DNA of 64,000 nt from a virus (lineage: Duplodnaviria; Heunggongvirae; Uroviricota; Caudoviricetes). The notes beneath the pieces were generated by a model. That model searched no databases. It saw only the letters and a list, made by a program, of their open reading frames with translations, and was not told the origin of the DNA. The DNA lies in IMG/VR virus record IMGVR_UViG_2778261571_000004; one strand, written 5' to 3'. Below, piece by piece: positions 51,187-60,862 of this stretch. Position 1 is the stretch's first letter, and each line of letters opens with the position of its first letter. Both the position numbers and the translations under genes were made by a program.

Positions 51187-51663
51187 TCAAGCCATCGTAG
51201 GGATGTCTGTATCCACTTTGAACTCCGGTACACCAACGAACTCTTTAACCTTCATCTGATAGCCGGTTCTGTCAGTTTTGATGACTTCCTGCTTGCCCTC
51301 GATAAATTGCTCACGCCACTCGTCGCGACGGGAAGCTGGCATGATCAGCAAAACGTTAGTCATATCCGTGACCTTCCTCCAGTACTCGGCCCAAATATTC
51401 TGTTTCACCCATTCCAGATCGACTTTATCCAGCCAAGCTCGATTCAAACGTGAGCGTTCTTCATCTGGTCGATGGTTCAGTTGCAGCAGGCGATTAATCA
51501 TGTTGTGGCGTTCGTCGCCATAAACGAAGTCGTGAACCTGATACATGAAGGCGATCTCTTTCTCGCACTCGGCTACGATTTCGTGGATGACGTTCATTTC
51601 CTGACGATAATCGATAGCAGTGTTTGAGTTGGTATCGTCGATGATGGAAAGAGCTGTATTCAT
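51187..51663 (-). CDS. Hypothetical protein convergent with hsdR
   Basis: 158 aa; 8-bp-arm inverted repeat (aattgcac...gtgcaatt) in its upstream region. Confidence 0.3.
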   Translation of the reverse strand: MNTALSIIDDTNSNTAIDYRQEMNVIHEIVAECEKEIAFMYQVHDFVYGDERHNMINRLLQLNHRPDEERSRLNRAWLDKVDLEWVKQNIWAEYWRKVTDMTNVLLIMPASRRDEWREQFIEGKQEVIKTDRTGYQMKVKEFVGVPEFKVDTDIPTMA

Positions 51664-51766
51664 AATTGCACCATTAAGAAAAGATTTGTTTAATAGTGCA
51701 ATTATTTCAAAAATGAAAAGGTGCTAAATAGAAATTAACAGGCAATCCTTTAAATAAAGGTATTTG

Positions 51767-52665
51767 CTAATCATACTTTGAGGTATTTATAACCAGGATT
51801 TTGTTTGTATAAATCTTCTTAATATCCCATGTGACATTACCGGAATACCATTGACCGTTATATACTTGGTTTCCAGTTGCACCGGTCATAGTTACATAGA
51901 CAGGTCTGTCGTAATCGGTTCGTCTATAGTTATAAACCCCAACCATAGCAGGCATTACTGCGCACGGATACCCCATATCTATTGTAAATTGTGGGTCAGT
52001 AATAGTGATAAGTTTTGCATCAAGGGGCATCATCTCACCGTGATACACCATTGCGCCTGCGCTGTTATACATGGCAATGCCATAGCCAGAATGTGGTAAC
52101 ACCATATCAGAAAAAGCATAAACTGTTATTGTTCCGGGGCTACCATTTACCTGATGCAATCTGAGAGCATTGTATCCGTTACTATGTTCATGAATAAACA
52201 TCATGTTCGCCTTATTGCTGCTTTTTATGAAGAAAAAGCATGATTTGTTTGATGGGATTGATGTTTGAAAAACAGAACCTTTAGATGTAGACATTGTCCC
52301 TTTATTAATCAGATTTTGCGGAGTAAATTCAGGACTCATCCACAAACTTCCATCTGATTGAGTAATTGACATCCCGAACATAATTATCCCCAGTATGTGT
52401 ATATGTAAGAACCAAGCCCCGTATATAAATTTGACCAACTAACCGTATTTCCATTAATAGTAACATTTGGAACAGGTAAATTGATGTAGTTGTCGTTGTT
52501 AAGAGGCATTAATGACCACACGGCATGTAGTGATTTACCCGGTGGCGGATTAGAGTACGTCTTAGAGCCTGATGACGCCGTAAATCGATCAAGAAAAAAA
52601 ATAGGTGTAAGGAAGCCAGTAACGTTAATTCCTTTATTGTTGTAAATCCCTGTACCGTATGCCAT
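51767..52665 (-). pseudogene. Possibly frameshifted gene for an N/Y/G/T-rich protein
   Basis: ORFs 52384-52665 and 51767-52438 overlap in different frames, similar composition, very AT-rich. Confidence 0.3.
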
Positions 52666-52719
52666 TTTTCACCCTTGTTTTTATCAACACAATATGGCCG
52701 ATCATGCGGCCATATCAGA

Positions 52720-53289
52720 TCAATTAGAGCTTTGAAAGACTTTGTGTGGTTGTGTTGCGAGGTTATGTCGATGGCTTAACTCACGCATCATGTCTTCAAG
52801 GCGACTCTTTGTGTCGTCGAGTTGGTCGGCCATTGCTCCCAAAAGCTGACGAACGGCCATCGGATCATCGCTGTTTAGTGATGGCATTTTATAACCCGCC
52901 TGAGAAGACATAAGATTGAACGCAGACATCAACATCGTTAGAGAGGATTTAAGCCCAGCAATTTCACGATCTTTGCTGGCAATAATCGTCTCACTCTTGT
53001 TAGTGTCATCAGTTCGTTGAGTCTCGCTCACCATATCCAAAGTCGCCTGCAACTTATCAGCGCGCTCTTTTTCAGCAAGATAATGAACACCGAAATGATG
53101 TGCTAAAGCTACAACCTGAGTTGGCTCTTCAAAGGTGGACTCAAAATTAAGTGCTGTAACCACTCTCTCAAATATGGAAACGTCTTCTATTCCTCGAAGA
53201 ATGGCTAACATTTTGACCAGTTCATTAGCATCCATTTCTTCGAATAAGGCGTTTTGTTCATCAGCTATCGCTTTGCATTTCTTACACAT
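52720..53289 (-). CDS. Hypothetical coiled-coil protein
   Basis: 189 aa; motif family 2 palindrome about 25 nt upstream. Confidence 0.3.
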   Translation of the reverse strand: MCKKCKAIADEQNALFEEMDANELVKMLAILRGIEDVSIFERVVTALNFESTFEEPTQVVALAHHFGVHYLAEKERADKLQATLDMVSETQRTDDTNKSETIIASKDREIAGLKSSLTMLMSAFNLMSSQAGYKMPSLNSDDPMAVRQLLGAMADQLDDTKSRLEDMMRELSHRHNLATQPHKVFQSSN

Positions 53290-53306
53290 GTGTTTTTCCT
53301 AATTCT

Positions 53307-53326
53307 TAAACAAGTTGTTTTCTTAT
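53307..53326. promoter_or_regulatory. Operator-like palindrome, motif family 2
   Basis: ttaaacaagttgttttctta. Confidence 0.4.
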
Positions 53327-53586
53327 TGGCTTTATTGTGATGTGGCATAAAAGGGGAGCAAGCTAAACGTAAAGGTGCAAACTCTCTATTTCGGTCAACG
53401 AAACACAAGGGCCATTTGGCCCTTGTCATTAACACGTTGCTTTACGGACTAGCGGATAAGCGAAGTAGATCGCCAGACCAATGAGGACGCCATCAGAAAT
53501 GACAGACATCATCTTTCCCGTAAAATCCACCAACACCGCCATCACCAGAAGAGCAATGACGGTCACAAGCCGGAATCTCTCAAGCA

Positions 53587-54012
53587 TTAGAGATAAGCAT
53601 CCAGTGACAACTGAAGCGCCTGGGCGATCTTTTTCAGTGCCTGCTCTTCTTGTTCACCAATGCCGTCCTGGTCGGCAATATCAAGGCACAGACACAGAAC
53701 ATCGACCGCCTCTGGAGTGCCCGCAATATCAGCCAGCTCACGCATAGCCTGCGCATTCGCAGAACGAGGGGACGCTTCGTAACGAGCACGGATATTGGCG
53801 CTCATTTGGGCAATTTCACCAGCAAACGGAGAAAACGCAGGCAGAGCTGCAATTGTCTTCTCAAGAATGGCAATTTCTTTTGCGTCACATGTGCCGTCGG
53901 CATAGGAGATCATGTACGCGCCCCACACGGTGGCCTCAACCGCATCACGGTTCTCCATTTTTTTGACTTCGATAACAGCTTTACGAGTTTTCTTTTTGAA
54001 GAAACCTAACAT
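53587..54012 (-). CDS. TerB-like domain protein
   Basis: 141 aa with paired ADG-containing helices (ISYADGTCDAKEIAILE, LDIADQDGIGEQEEQAL); motif family 2 upstream. Confidence 0.5.
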   Translation of the reverse strand: MLGFFKKKTRKAVIEVKKMENRDAVEATVWGAYMISYADGTCDAKEIAILEKTIAALPAFSPFAGEIAQMSANIRARYEASPRSANAQAMRELADIAGTPEAVDVLCLCLDIADQDGIGEQEEQALKKIAQALQLSLDAYL

Positions 54013-54033
54013 GTGTTTTCCTTTTGTTATTTG

Positions 54034-54052
54034 TCAAAACAAGTTGTTTTAT
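54034..54052. promoter_or_regulatory. Operator-like palindrome, motif family 2
   Basis: tcaaaacaagttgttttat. Confidence 0.4.
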
Positions 54053-54105
54053 AGTTTCATAAATTGCTTACGCAAAGATGGTCAATGCATATGCACTAAC
54101 AGCCG

Positions 54106-54294
54106 TCAGAAATAACCAAGTACCGAACCGACTGGAAAAACAAAAATCCCTACTACACGAGCCAGAGTCATGCCAGCCTGAAACTTGAGATCACCTGAGC
54201 AAACGAGTTTTATAATGTTGGATACCCAACCGGCGGCCATGAGAGCCAGAATTGCCAGCCAAATTTTCCCAAAGTGATTTGAAAGCCAGTTCAT
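54106..54294 (-). CDS. Small membrane protein
   Basis: 62 aa, two hydrophobic segments; 4-nt overlap with upstream small membrane protein gene. Confidence 0.3.
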   Translation of the reverse strand: MNWLSNHFGKIWLAILALMAAGWVSNIIKLVCSGDLKFQAGMTLARVVGIFVFPVGSVLGYF

Positions 54295-54509
54295 ACAACC
54301 ACCTTAGTCACAACATGATCCTGAGTAACTGGATGAACTTGAGGTATCGCATCCACCGTCATCCCATCCAGAGTGACAGGACGCTCTACTGTAGTGGTGG
54401 TAATTGTCGTCGACGGAGGTGTGGTGATGGATGAACCCGGCATCAAAAGGCTCTGGCCGGCTGGAACGGCTACCGTCGCCAGTGAAACTATAATGAGAAC
54501 GTAGGCCAT
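54291..54509 (-). CDS. Small membrane-anchored Pro/Thr-rich protein
   Basis: Start set at MAYVLIIVSLATVA; ORF track 54291-54542. Confidence 0.3.
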   Translation of the reverse strand: MAYVLIIVSLATVAVPAGQSLLMPGSSITTPPSTTITTTTVERPVTLDGMTVDAIPQVHPVTQDHVVTKVVV

Positions 54510-54798
54510 TGGTTTCAGCCTCTTTCTTTGAAAATTTTCCATTCGAACTGTCCTTGTTGTTTTTCTCCTTCACTAAAGGCCGTGTACTTTTCGCTTCGCG
54601 TGAAGAACCAGAGGCAACAATCGCCCCCACGTTCGCAACAACTGACGCTTGATTATCTAAACGTTCATTCAGCAACCGAACGGTAGTCTCTAGTTCATCA
54701 AGACGTGACATAACACGACCGCTAAACAATTCGGCCAAAATTTGACGTAAAGAACGAGGACGTTTAGTTGCAGAAGTGAAATAGGTTTGACGTGCCAT
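54304..54798 (-). CDS. Hypothetical protein; 3' half overlaps small membrane protein gene out of frame
   Basis: N-terminal 100 aa look protein-like, C-terminal part is low complexity; possible frameshift or spurious extension. Confidence 0.2.
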   Translation of the reverse strand: MARQTYFTSATKRPRSLRQILAELFSGRVMSRLDELETTVRLLNERLDNQASVVANVGAIVASGSSREAKSTRPLVKEKNNKDSSNGKFSKKEAETNGLRSHYSFTGDGSRSSRPEPFDAGFIHHHTSVDDNYHHYSRASCHSGWDDGGCDTSSSSSYSGSCCD

Positions 54799-54943
54799 GT
54801 GGACTCCATCCAGTGTCAGAAAGAGTTGCGGCTGGCGATTGCCAGCCGCCTTTCTCGTTCCATCCTGGAACTGTGTCTTACCGACACATTGTCATCCTGA
54901 CGCTGATAAGATACATGATTTAAAATGATAGGTAAACACTTAC

Positions 54944-55537
54944 TTACCACTTGTTATAAACAAAACCAATATCTTTCTTGTGAGGCATATCTGCTGCTGA
55001 AAAAGCTGCGATCTTCGCGAGTCGATCACATATTTCATTTTCACGATGCCCGGCGTGACCTTTAACCCACTTCCAGCGAACATTATGTCGACTTGCGGCC
55101 TCATCCAGACGCTTCCACAGATCAACATTCTTTACCGGTTTTTTGTCAGAAGTCATCCATCCATTGCGTTTCCACCATTTCATCCACTGTGTCATGCCGT
55201 TTTTCAGATACTGGCTATCAGAGTGCAAAATAACGTTGCATGGATATTTCAAACGCTCCAGCCCGATAAGTGCGCCCATCATCTCCATGCGGTTATTGGT
55301 GGTGCTATGAAAACCATCTGAGAACTCGCGTTCCTCACCACGATACTGGAGAACGATACCGTAACCGCCCGGGCCACCCGGATTTTTAAGGCAAGAGCCA
55401 TCACTAAAGATTTTCACGGTTTTGAGCTGGGGATTGAACTCTACGACAGGCGTTGTGGGATTGGTGCGGGGAGAATTTTTGTTTTTGGCTTTTTTGCGAG
55501 TTTTTGCTTGCGATCGGGCTGGTGTCTTCGTCGTCAT
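54944..55537 (-). CDS. rnh: Ribonuclease H (RNase HI family)
   Basis: Strong pattern match to RnhA ([17 protein letters not shown] ... HSDSQYL ... [17 protein letters not shown]); start set at MTTKTP with AGGAG RBS; ORF track 54944-55588. Confidence 0.8.
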   Translation of the reverse strand: MTTKTPARSQAKTRKKAKNKNSPRTNPTTPVVEFNPQLKTVKIFSDGSCLKNPGGPGGYGIVLQYRGEEREFSDGFHSTTNNRMEMMGALIGLERLKYPCNVILHSDSQYLKNGMTQWMKWWKRNGWMTSDKKPVKNVDLWKRLDEAASRHNVRWKWVKGHAGHRENEICDRLAKIAAFSAADMPHKKDIGFVYNKW

Positions 55538-56119
55538 ATAAACTCCTGAATCAAGCGCCGCGCCGATTTTTTCCTCGCGCGTGCGCACACGCGTGCGTGT
55601 TAATAATTATTAAAATAAACAAATTACTTCCCAGAACAGGTTTTTATAAACCTGAACTGAACGAACGAAGTGAGTGAAGTTCACCTCGAACGAAGTGAGA
55701 GGTTGTCTTTTCAGGTAATACTCTCCCAGGGAGGTGAGTATAAAATTCCTCACCAACCTGGTCGTTTCATAACCTGAAAAGCTATGGTCTAAGTCTACTG
55801 CCAGCTTAGACTTGGGAAGTTATGGATGACAGCACCCCAGAACCGAGATCTTCCCACACTTTATGAAGGGGAGTACTGGATTCAACCTCTCGAAACACCC
55901 CAGACTCGACAATCATAAAGTGACCCTTGTCTCTGCTCACTTTGGTTCCCCCTTCCCCGACACCTATACGGCACCGGTTCTACGCTGGTAGTGAGCTTTT
56001 TTAAACCTGACGCCAGTGACGCTTACCCCCACCCATCAGGTCGAGCCTCCAGTCTACGACTGGAAACTATCATATCTTAGCACTTACAATTCACTTTATG
56101 AATAGTTTGTACTTATCTA

Positions 56120-56374
56120 TCATTGTGATTGATTATTTTCTCGACCATGTAGTTGAACATTCAAGGCAAACACCTCATTGATCAACTCACCTAAAAGCTG
56201 TTCAACAAGTTCGCGATGCTCGCCAAGATGCAAGCACTTAATTGCCCACTCGTACAAGTTGAAAGCCTGCTCACGATCTTTCATCATTTCACGAGCCTGG
56301 GCCAGAAAATCGCTCTCTACGAGCGCAACGACATTAGTCGGGTATGACATGTTGGTTTCCTTAAAGTGGTTCAT
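56120..56374 (-). CDS. Hypothetical small protein
   Basis: 84 aa ORF downstream of inverted-repeat element copy 2. Confidence 0.3.
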   Translation of the reverse strand: MNHFKETNMSYPTNVVALVESDFLAQAREMMKDREQAFNLYEWAIKCLHLGEHRELVEQLLGELINEVFALNVQLHGRENNQSQ

Positions 56375-56454
56375 AAAATCGATTTTAAAGCGTCTGGGAA
56401 GGGGTTCTAGTGGATTCTGTAGTGATGTTCAGGTCTGGAGTCTCTGATACAAAA

Positions 56455-56515
56455 CAGCCTGCTTCCGTATATTAATAATTAATATGTAGTTATTTATATA
56501 TACAGAAGCAGGCTA
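56455..56515. repeat. Long inverted-repeat element, copy 2
   Basis: agcctgcttccgtatat ... atatatacagaagcaggct, same arms as 23208-23272. Confidence 0.6.
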
Positions 56516-56535
56516 ATTACAGACGCCAGAACAAA

Positions 56536-57129
56536 CTAAGCAGCCTTCTTTGATGGTCTTTTTTTCCTGATCACATTCGCAGGATCATACCCTCCCAGAC
56601 TTTTCATGACGTCCAAAGGGATCTTGCTTATAGAGTGCCCAGCGTCCTGACAGAATCCTCGAAAAACAACGAGCATACTGCCACCGGGGTTGATGTTTAC
56701 TTCTACCTGACCCAAATTGACGTCAGGCTCGACAAACGCTACGCGGCCACCAGACAGAATAATCGTCTCATTCGCACACTCTGTTGCACGCTCATACCAC
56801 TTTGTATCGAGGGATTGAGGAATTAGCATCACTGTTGTAACTCCGCGAGCCTGCTCACGTATAGCCGCATCAATCCAGGGGGAGATTTTGGAGTAGGGTG
56901 GATTGAGGAAGGCAATTGTACCTGGCTGTCCCCATTCAGATTTCAAAGCATCACGCTCAACGCCTATGAAATTAGGCAGCTTCGCATTGTCCTTGTTGCA
57001 GGCAACGTCAACATCAAATGTCACTCCAAGATAACGTTGAATGGCAGAAAACAGCCAGTCAGGTGTTCTCCAGAGGTCACGAAGAGAGTTGTCGCGCTTT
57101 CGCTGTTTGATTTTTTCGGCTGCAATCAT
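56536..57129 (-). CDS. dam: DNA N6-adenine methyltransferase (phage Dam-like)
   Basis: 197 aa; motifs DLWRTPDWLF, FDVDVACN and catalytic NPPYS typical of phage N6-adenine methylases. Confidence 0.7.
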   Translation of the reverse strand: MIAAEKIKQRKRDNSLRDLWRTPDWLFSAIQRYLGVTFDVDVACNKDNAKLPNFIGVERDALKSEWGQPGTIAFLNPPYSKISPWIDAAIREQARGVTTVMLIPQSLDTKWYERATECANETIILSGGRVAFVEPDVNLGQVEVNINPGGSMLVVFRGFCQDAGHSISKIPLDVMKSLGGYDPANVIRKKRPSKKAA

Positions 57130-57138
57130 CTTCTTTCT

Positions 57139-57164
57139 CGATAGGTAAGTGATTACCTATTTTT
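57139..57164. promoter_or_regulatory. Palindrome, motif family 1 (TAAGTA-n-TACTTA type)
   Basis: cgataggtaagtgattacctattttt, 10-35 nt upstream of dam-like start. Confidence 0.4.
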
Positions 57165-57312
57165 GCATTTGATTTTATGTCTGGCAATCAAATAAAACGC
57201 GCCAGAAATGCAAACGAGAAGCTCTCTGGCGCGTTTTTGTGGTGCTGGATATGTGATTGGCTTACCCAGCACTATAAAGCTCTCTATGGGCTTTATTTTC
57301 AGTAGGGGGACG

Positions 57313-58122
57313 TCATCCAATAGTGTACTCCGCTACAAACTTCTTAACGATCGGTGATTCTTCGTTCAATGTTAGATTTCCACCGTCTCTAACGGCAATT
57401 CCTGTCGCTGGAAATACAGCCATCATTTGCCCAGCCTGAGTTGACGCAGTGTTAAGCGGATACGGTTTTTCTGGATTGCTCATTAAAGCAATCTTAATAC
57501 TATTACTTGTAGCCTTCTTTTCTGTGAGAAGGTGTCTCATGGAAATTACCGTGTAAACACTAATATCTGGACCTCCGCTAAACCAATTAAGAAGGTTTAA
57601 TATCTTATCCTTTGCTTTGACAGGCGCGTTATCGTAAGCGTCTAAGAAAATATCTGTTTCTAAGCCTGCTTTATTGAAAAACGAATCATCTTTATCACTT
57701 AAAGTAAAACGAGGACCTCTTGCAGTACGCGCTTTTTTATTTGTGTTGCTATCATTTGACTGTTGAACTTTTAATTCATCATTAACATCAACACACTCTT
57801 CAACCTCAATCAATCCCAATTGTTCTGGCTCATTTTCGGCAACTTCACCACTTTCAGTGTTAATTACGTTTATAGGCTCATGAGCTAACTCCAACTCATT
57901 TAAAGCGGAGCTGAAATCACCTGCTTTTTCTTCATTGAACAGTTCTTTGGCAACATCATCAGAACTCATGGCTACGCCAGCATCGAGGCCGAGAAGCAGA
58001 TCGTCAATATCATCAGTATTTTCAACCTGTGCAGCTTTTTTTACTGGTTCATCAAGTGATTGCAACATGGCTGTCAGCTCATCCAGATCATCATTTGTCA
58101 TTACATTTTCAACCGAACTCAT
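57313..58122 (-). CDS. Hypothetical protein with highly acidic N-terminal 120 aa
   Basis: 269 aa; N-terminal region D/E-rich; C-terminal half uncharacterised. Confidence 0.35.
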   Translation of the reverse strand: MSSVENVMTNDDLDELTAMLQSLDEPVKKAAQVENTDDIDDLLLGLDAGVAMSSDDVAKELFNEEKAGDFSSALNELELAHEPINVINTESGEVAENEPEQLGLIEVEECVDVNDELKVQQSNDSNTNKKARTARGPRFTLSDKDDSFFNKAGLETDIFLDAYDNAPVKAKDKILNLLNWFSGGPDISVYTVISMRHLLTEKKATSNSIKIALMSNPEKPYPLNTASTQAGQMMAVFPATGIAVRDGGNLTLNEESPIVKKFVAEYTIG

Positions 58123-58282
58123 GTAAGTCTCCTTCTGTTTAGTTGCATTTGCGTTTCGATGGCTACATTTTGACTAAACCTATCAGGCGGAAAAGTATTA
58201 AATACAGGCAGGAAATGATTGAAAGGCGACTGTTCTTTAAAAGAAAGCCTGCTTCAAACTCTCTTTAAAGCAGGCTTTTGTT

Positions 58283-58840
58283 TTACACAATTTCAGAGGG
58301 TAATTTAAAAAATCCGTATTTATTACGTGCCTTAAAGAAGCATTGCATCATTAAGTTTGTGTCATATAAGGCACTATGTGCTTTGGCATGATCGTATATA
58401 AAGCCAAGAGAGAAGGCCAATTCTTCAAGGCGAGGACGTTTACCGTCTTCTGTGGCCCACAATCCCGATAACATAGTATCTATAACGGGAACGTCTGGCA
58501 GTCTTACTCCATACCCTGAAAACTCGTGTCTAATAAATGGTATATCAAACGCTTCGCCGTTATGAGCAACCCACGCACTACATGCCTCCATATAAGCGCC
58601 AATTTCGCTGGCATGATTTGACAACAAAGGTTCAGCTGCCAGCTGTTCTAATGAAATGCCATGAACGGCTTGAGCTTTCGGATCTATGTTTCTGCGAGGG
58701 TTAAAACGCATCTCCAGACTATCAATATGTCTCTGTGTCTCCAGTTCATAGCGGGTAATTGCGATTTCAATAATTTTATGACCAGCAAGGAAATCCAGTC
58801 CCGTAGACTCGATATCGATGCCTGCAACAATCGTTGTCAT
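58283..58840 (-). CDS. 3'-5' exonuclease (DEDDh / DnaQ-like)
   Basis: Exo motifs GIDIESTGLD, HNGEAFDIPF, HSALYDTNLM. Confidence 0.75.
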   Translation of the reverse strand: MTTIVAGIDIESTGLDFLAGHKIIEIAITRYELETQRHIDSLEMRFNPRRNIDPKAQAVHGISLEQLAAEPLLSNHASEIGAYMEACSAWVAHNGEAFDIPFIRHEFSGYGVRLPDVPVIDTMLSGLWATEDGKRPRLEELAFSLGFIYDHAKAHSALYDTNLMMQCFFKARNKYGFFKLPSEIV

Positions 58841-58849
58841 CAGAACTCC

Positions 58850-59269
58850 TTACAACTTCTTAGCGCCCTTAAGTAGTGCGCTACGTACAAATTGAGCCGC
58901 TTTTTTCAAAGTTTCTTCACTGGTTTCACAGACAATCGGATCTTTCCACTTACCTGACGCAGTGTTGAGAATATTGATTTGGTTGCTATCCAGACAAACA
59001 GAGATATAAAGCACCGTGCCACCAGCCAGCATCAAATGCATAGGAAACAGAGGCTTTTTACTGCCTTCACTGAACTGAGACATGGCGATGTTAATGGCTT
59101 CACCCACTTGTGTACCAACAAGCCCCTGCGCAGTTTCGAATATGGCACGAATAGCCAGACGAGCCTCTCGATCGCTCATAAGCGACCGGGAATGTTCGTC
59201 CGCTACACGAATCAAAGCCTCTGTTGTTTTCCGATCCAGTTCATCTTCAAGCAACATTTCACTAAACAT
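58850..59269 (-). CDS. Hypothetical protein
   Basis: 139 aa ORF, tightly packed between exonuclease and kinase genes. Confidence 0.3.
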   Translation of the reverse strand: MFSEMLLEDELDRKTTEALIRVADEHSRSLMSDREARLAIRAIFETAQGLVGTQVGEAINIAMSQFSEGSKKPLFPMHLMLAGGTVLYISVCLDSNQINILNTASGKWKDPIVCETSEETLKKAAQFVRSALLKGAKKL

Positions 59270-59330
59270 TTTTTATCCTTAACCCATTTTGAGAGTTTTA
59301 TTGTCGCAATGTCGAAGAGGCGAACAATTT

Positions 59331-59975
59331 CTAATGAACGGTTACTCGGCCACAGAACCGGTTTTCTATCTTTTCTACAGCGTTATCTAGCATTCTCATC
59401 ACTGATCTGGCTCTTGCTTCAACCGTGCGATATCGGTTGGAAACGACGAAGGTTTGCAGATCCCCCCTTTGCGGATGCAGGTGAATTTTTGTCAGTTCCC
59501 CGCACATCAACGCATCAATACGAGCGACATACAGACGGTCTAATGATGCTCGTTGTGATCGCAAGTAATCTCGCTCTGAGAGAGCGACTCCCGGGCGTAA
59601 GCCAGCAATGGCGTTAAAGTTTGAAATAGCAGTTTTGTGGCAAAACTTTTCGATATCGAGGGCTAACTCAATACATCGATCTTCATTGGTATGGCCGACC
59701 AAATCCAACGTGTAGGCCATAACATCAGCAGGTGTGCGATCGATAACAAAGCCTTCAACACCACGCGTAAGTAGCTCTATATGCTTTGCTATTTCCATTT
59801 GAATCTGAAGCCGCTCATATAGAGGCATAGACTCACCTACTCGAACACCGAGTCGGCTCATCAAACTTCCGACACCAGCATCCACGTAAGGGATTCCGTA
59901 ATGTTTGTCGATATATTTAGCCAGGGTTGTTTTCCCACTGCCCTGAGCACCAGTGATCCCAATCCGGTAATCCAT
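59331..59975 (-). CDS. P-loop kinase, putative deoxynucleoside monophosphate kinase
   Basis: Walker A GAQGSGKTT at N-terminus; context among nucleotide metabolism genes. Confidence 0.5.
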   Translation of the reverse strand: MDYRIGITGAQGSGKTTLAKYIDKHYGIPYVDAGVGSLMSRLGVRVGESMPLYERLQIQMEIAKHIELLTRGVEGFVIDRTPADVMAYTLDLVGHTNEDRCIELALDIEKFCHKTAISNFNAIAGLRPGVALSERDYLRSQRASLDRLYVARIDALMCGELTKIHLHPQRGDLQTFVVSNRYRTVEARARSVMRMLDNAVEKIENRFCGRVTVH

Positions 59976-60451
59976 TACGACCTTCTGTATACGATCTGCG
60001 AAAAGCCAGGCTCTTCCTCGCTGGCTCGTTGGGTATAAGCTGTTTCAACAGGCACAAAGCCTAAGTTACGCATCATGCTTGCCGGGAAGAATGCATCGGC
60101 GTTTGGTACATCAACGCCGATGTGGGAGAGCCAAATCTCTTCAACATGCGGCATGAATAGCGAGTAAATTTGTTCCCCGCCAATCACCCACACAGGCTCT
60201 GGTAATCGCAACACATCATCCACACCAGCAGGGTAGAATCCATTTGGTACAAAGCCATGAGAGCGCGTCAAAACGAGGTTATGACGCTCTGGAAGAGGGC
60301 GTTTGAGACTTTCCATCGTTTTACGCCCCATAACGACAGTGGCGTTTTTGGTGAGTCTCTTAAATAGCTTCAGATCGGTAGAACAACGCCAGGGCAGTTC
60401 GTTCGCTATGCCGATCTCATAGTTACGGCCAACAGCAGCGATCATCTTCAT
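59975..60451 (-). CDS. frd: Dihydrofolate reductase
   Basis: 158 aa; pattern match to FolA (MIAAVGRNYEIGIANELPW ... VVMGRKTMESLKRPLPER ... VIGGEQIY). Confidence 0.8.
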   Translation of the reverse strand: MKMIAAVGRNYEIGIANELPWRCSTDLKLFKRLTKNATVVMGRKTMESLKRPLPERHNLVLTRSHGFVPNGFYPAGVDDVLRLPEPVWVIGGEQIYSLFMPHVEEIWLSHIGVDVPNADAFFPASMMRNLGFVPVETAYTQRASEEEPGFSQIVYRRS

Positions 60452-60861
60452 TTGCTCACCTCATAGATGACCGGTCGATGGTGAGAGTCGGCTAAAGCGG
60501 CACGGAGTCGAGGATCGTGCACCAGCGCAGCGATAAGCAGATCGCCTTTATGCTCCGCTAATGTGCGCTTAATATGCTTCTCATAACTGGTGCCATTCGG
60601 TACGAGATGAAGCCAGTCATAATCAACGCCAAAATCTTTCAGCCATCGTTTAGTTGGCGCTTCAAGAGTTTCAGAGCGGCTACTGATAAGCACCACTTCA
60701 GCCCCTGAGCGAGCAAAACCACGCAACATACGGCTGGTGGGGAAAATGAGTTCATCACCGGCAATGAGCTGGCCTGCATCCGCGTCAGATACTGATTTAC
60801 GATGGCTGGCATTTGCCAGCACACCTTCAATTTCGCATAAGACATACATACCTCTTGCCAT
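60448..60861 (-). CDS. Hypothetical protein (possible nucleotidase/phosphatase), coupled to thyA and frd
   Basis: Start set at MARGMYV just after thyA stop; ORF track 60448-60909; no firm motif. Confidence 0.25.
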   Translation of the reverse strand: MARGMYVLCEIEGVLANASHRKSVSDADAGQLIAGDELIFPTSRMLRGFARSGAEVVLISSRSETLEAPTKRWLKDFGVDYDWLHLVPNGTSYEKHIKRTLAEHKGDLLIAALVHDPRLRAALADSHHRPVIYEVSK

Positions 60862-60862
60862 A

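Noticed and set aside
54291-54798. Rz/Rz1 spanin pair interpretation of the overlapping ORFs
   Set aside because: The embedded ORF has no lipobox cysteine and the outer ORF has no N-terminal transmembrane segment, so the spanin architecture is not met
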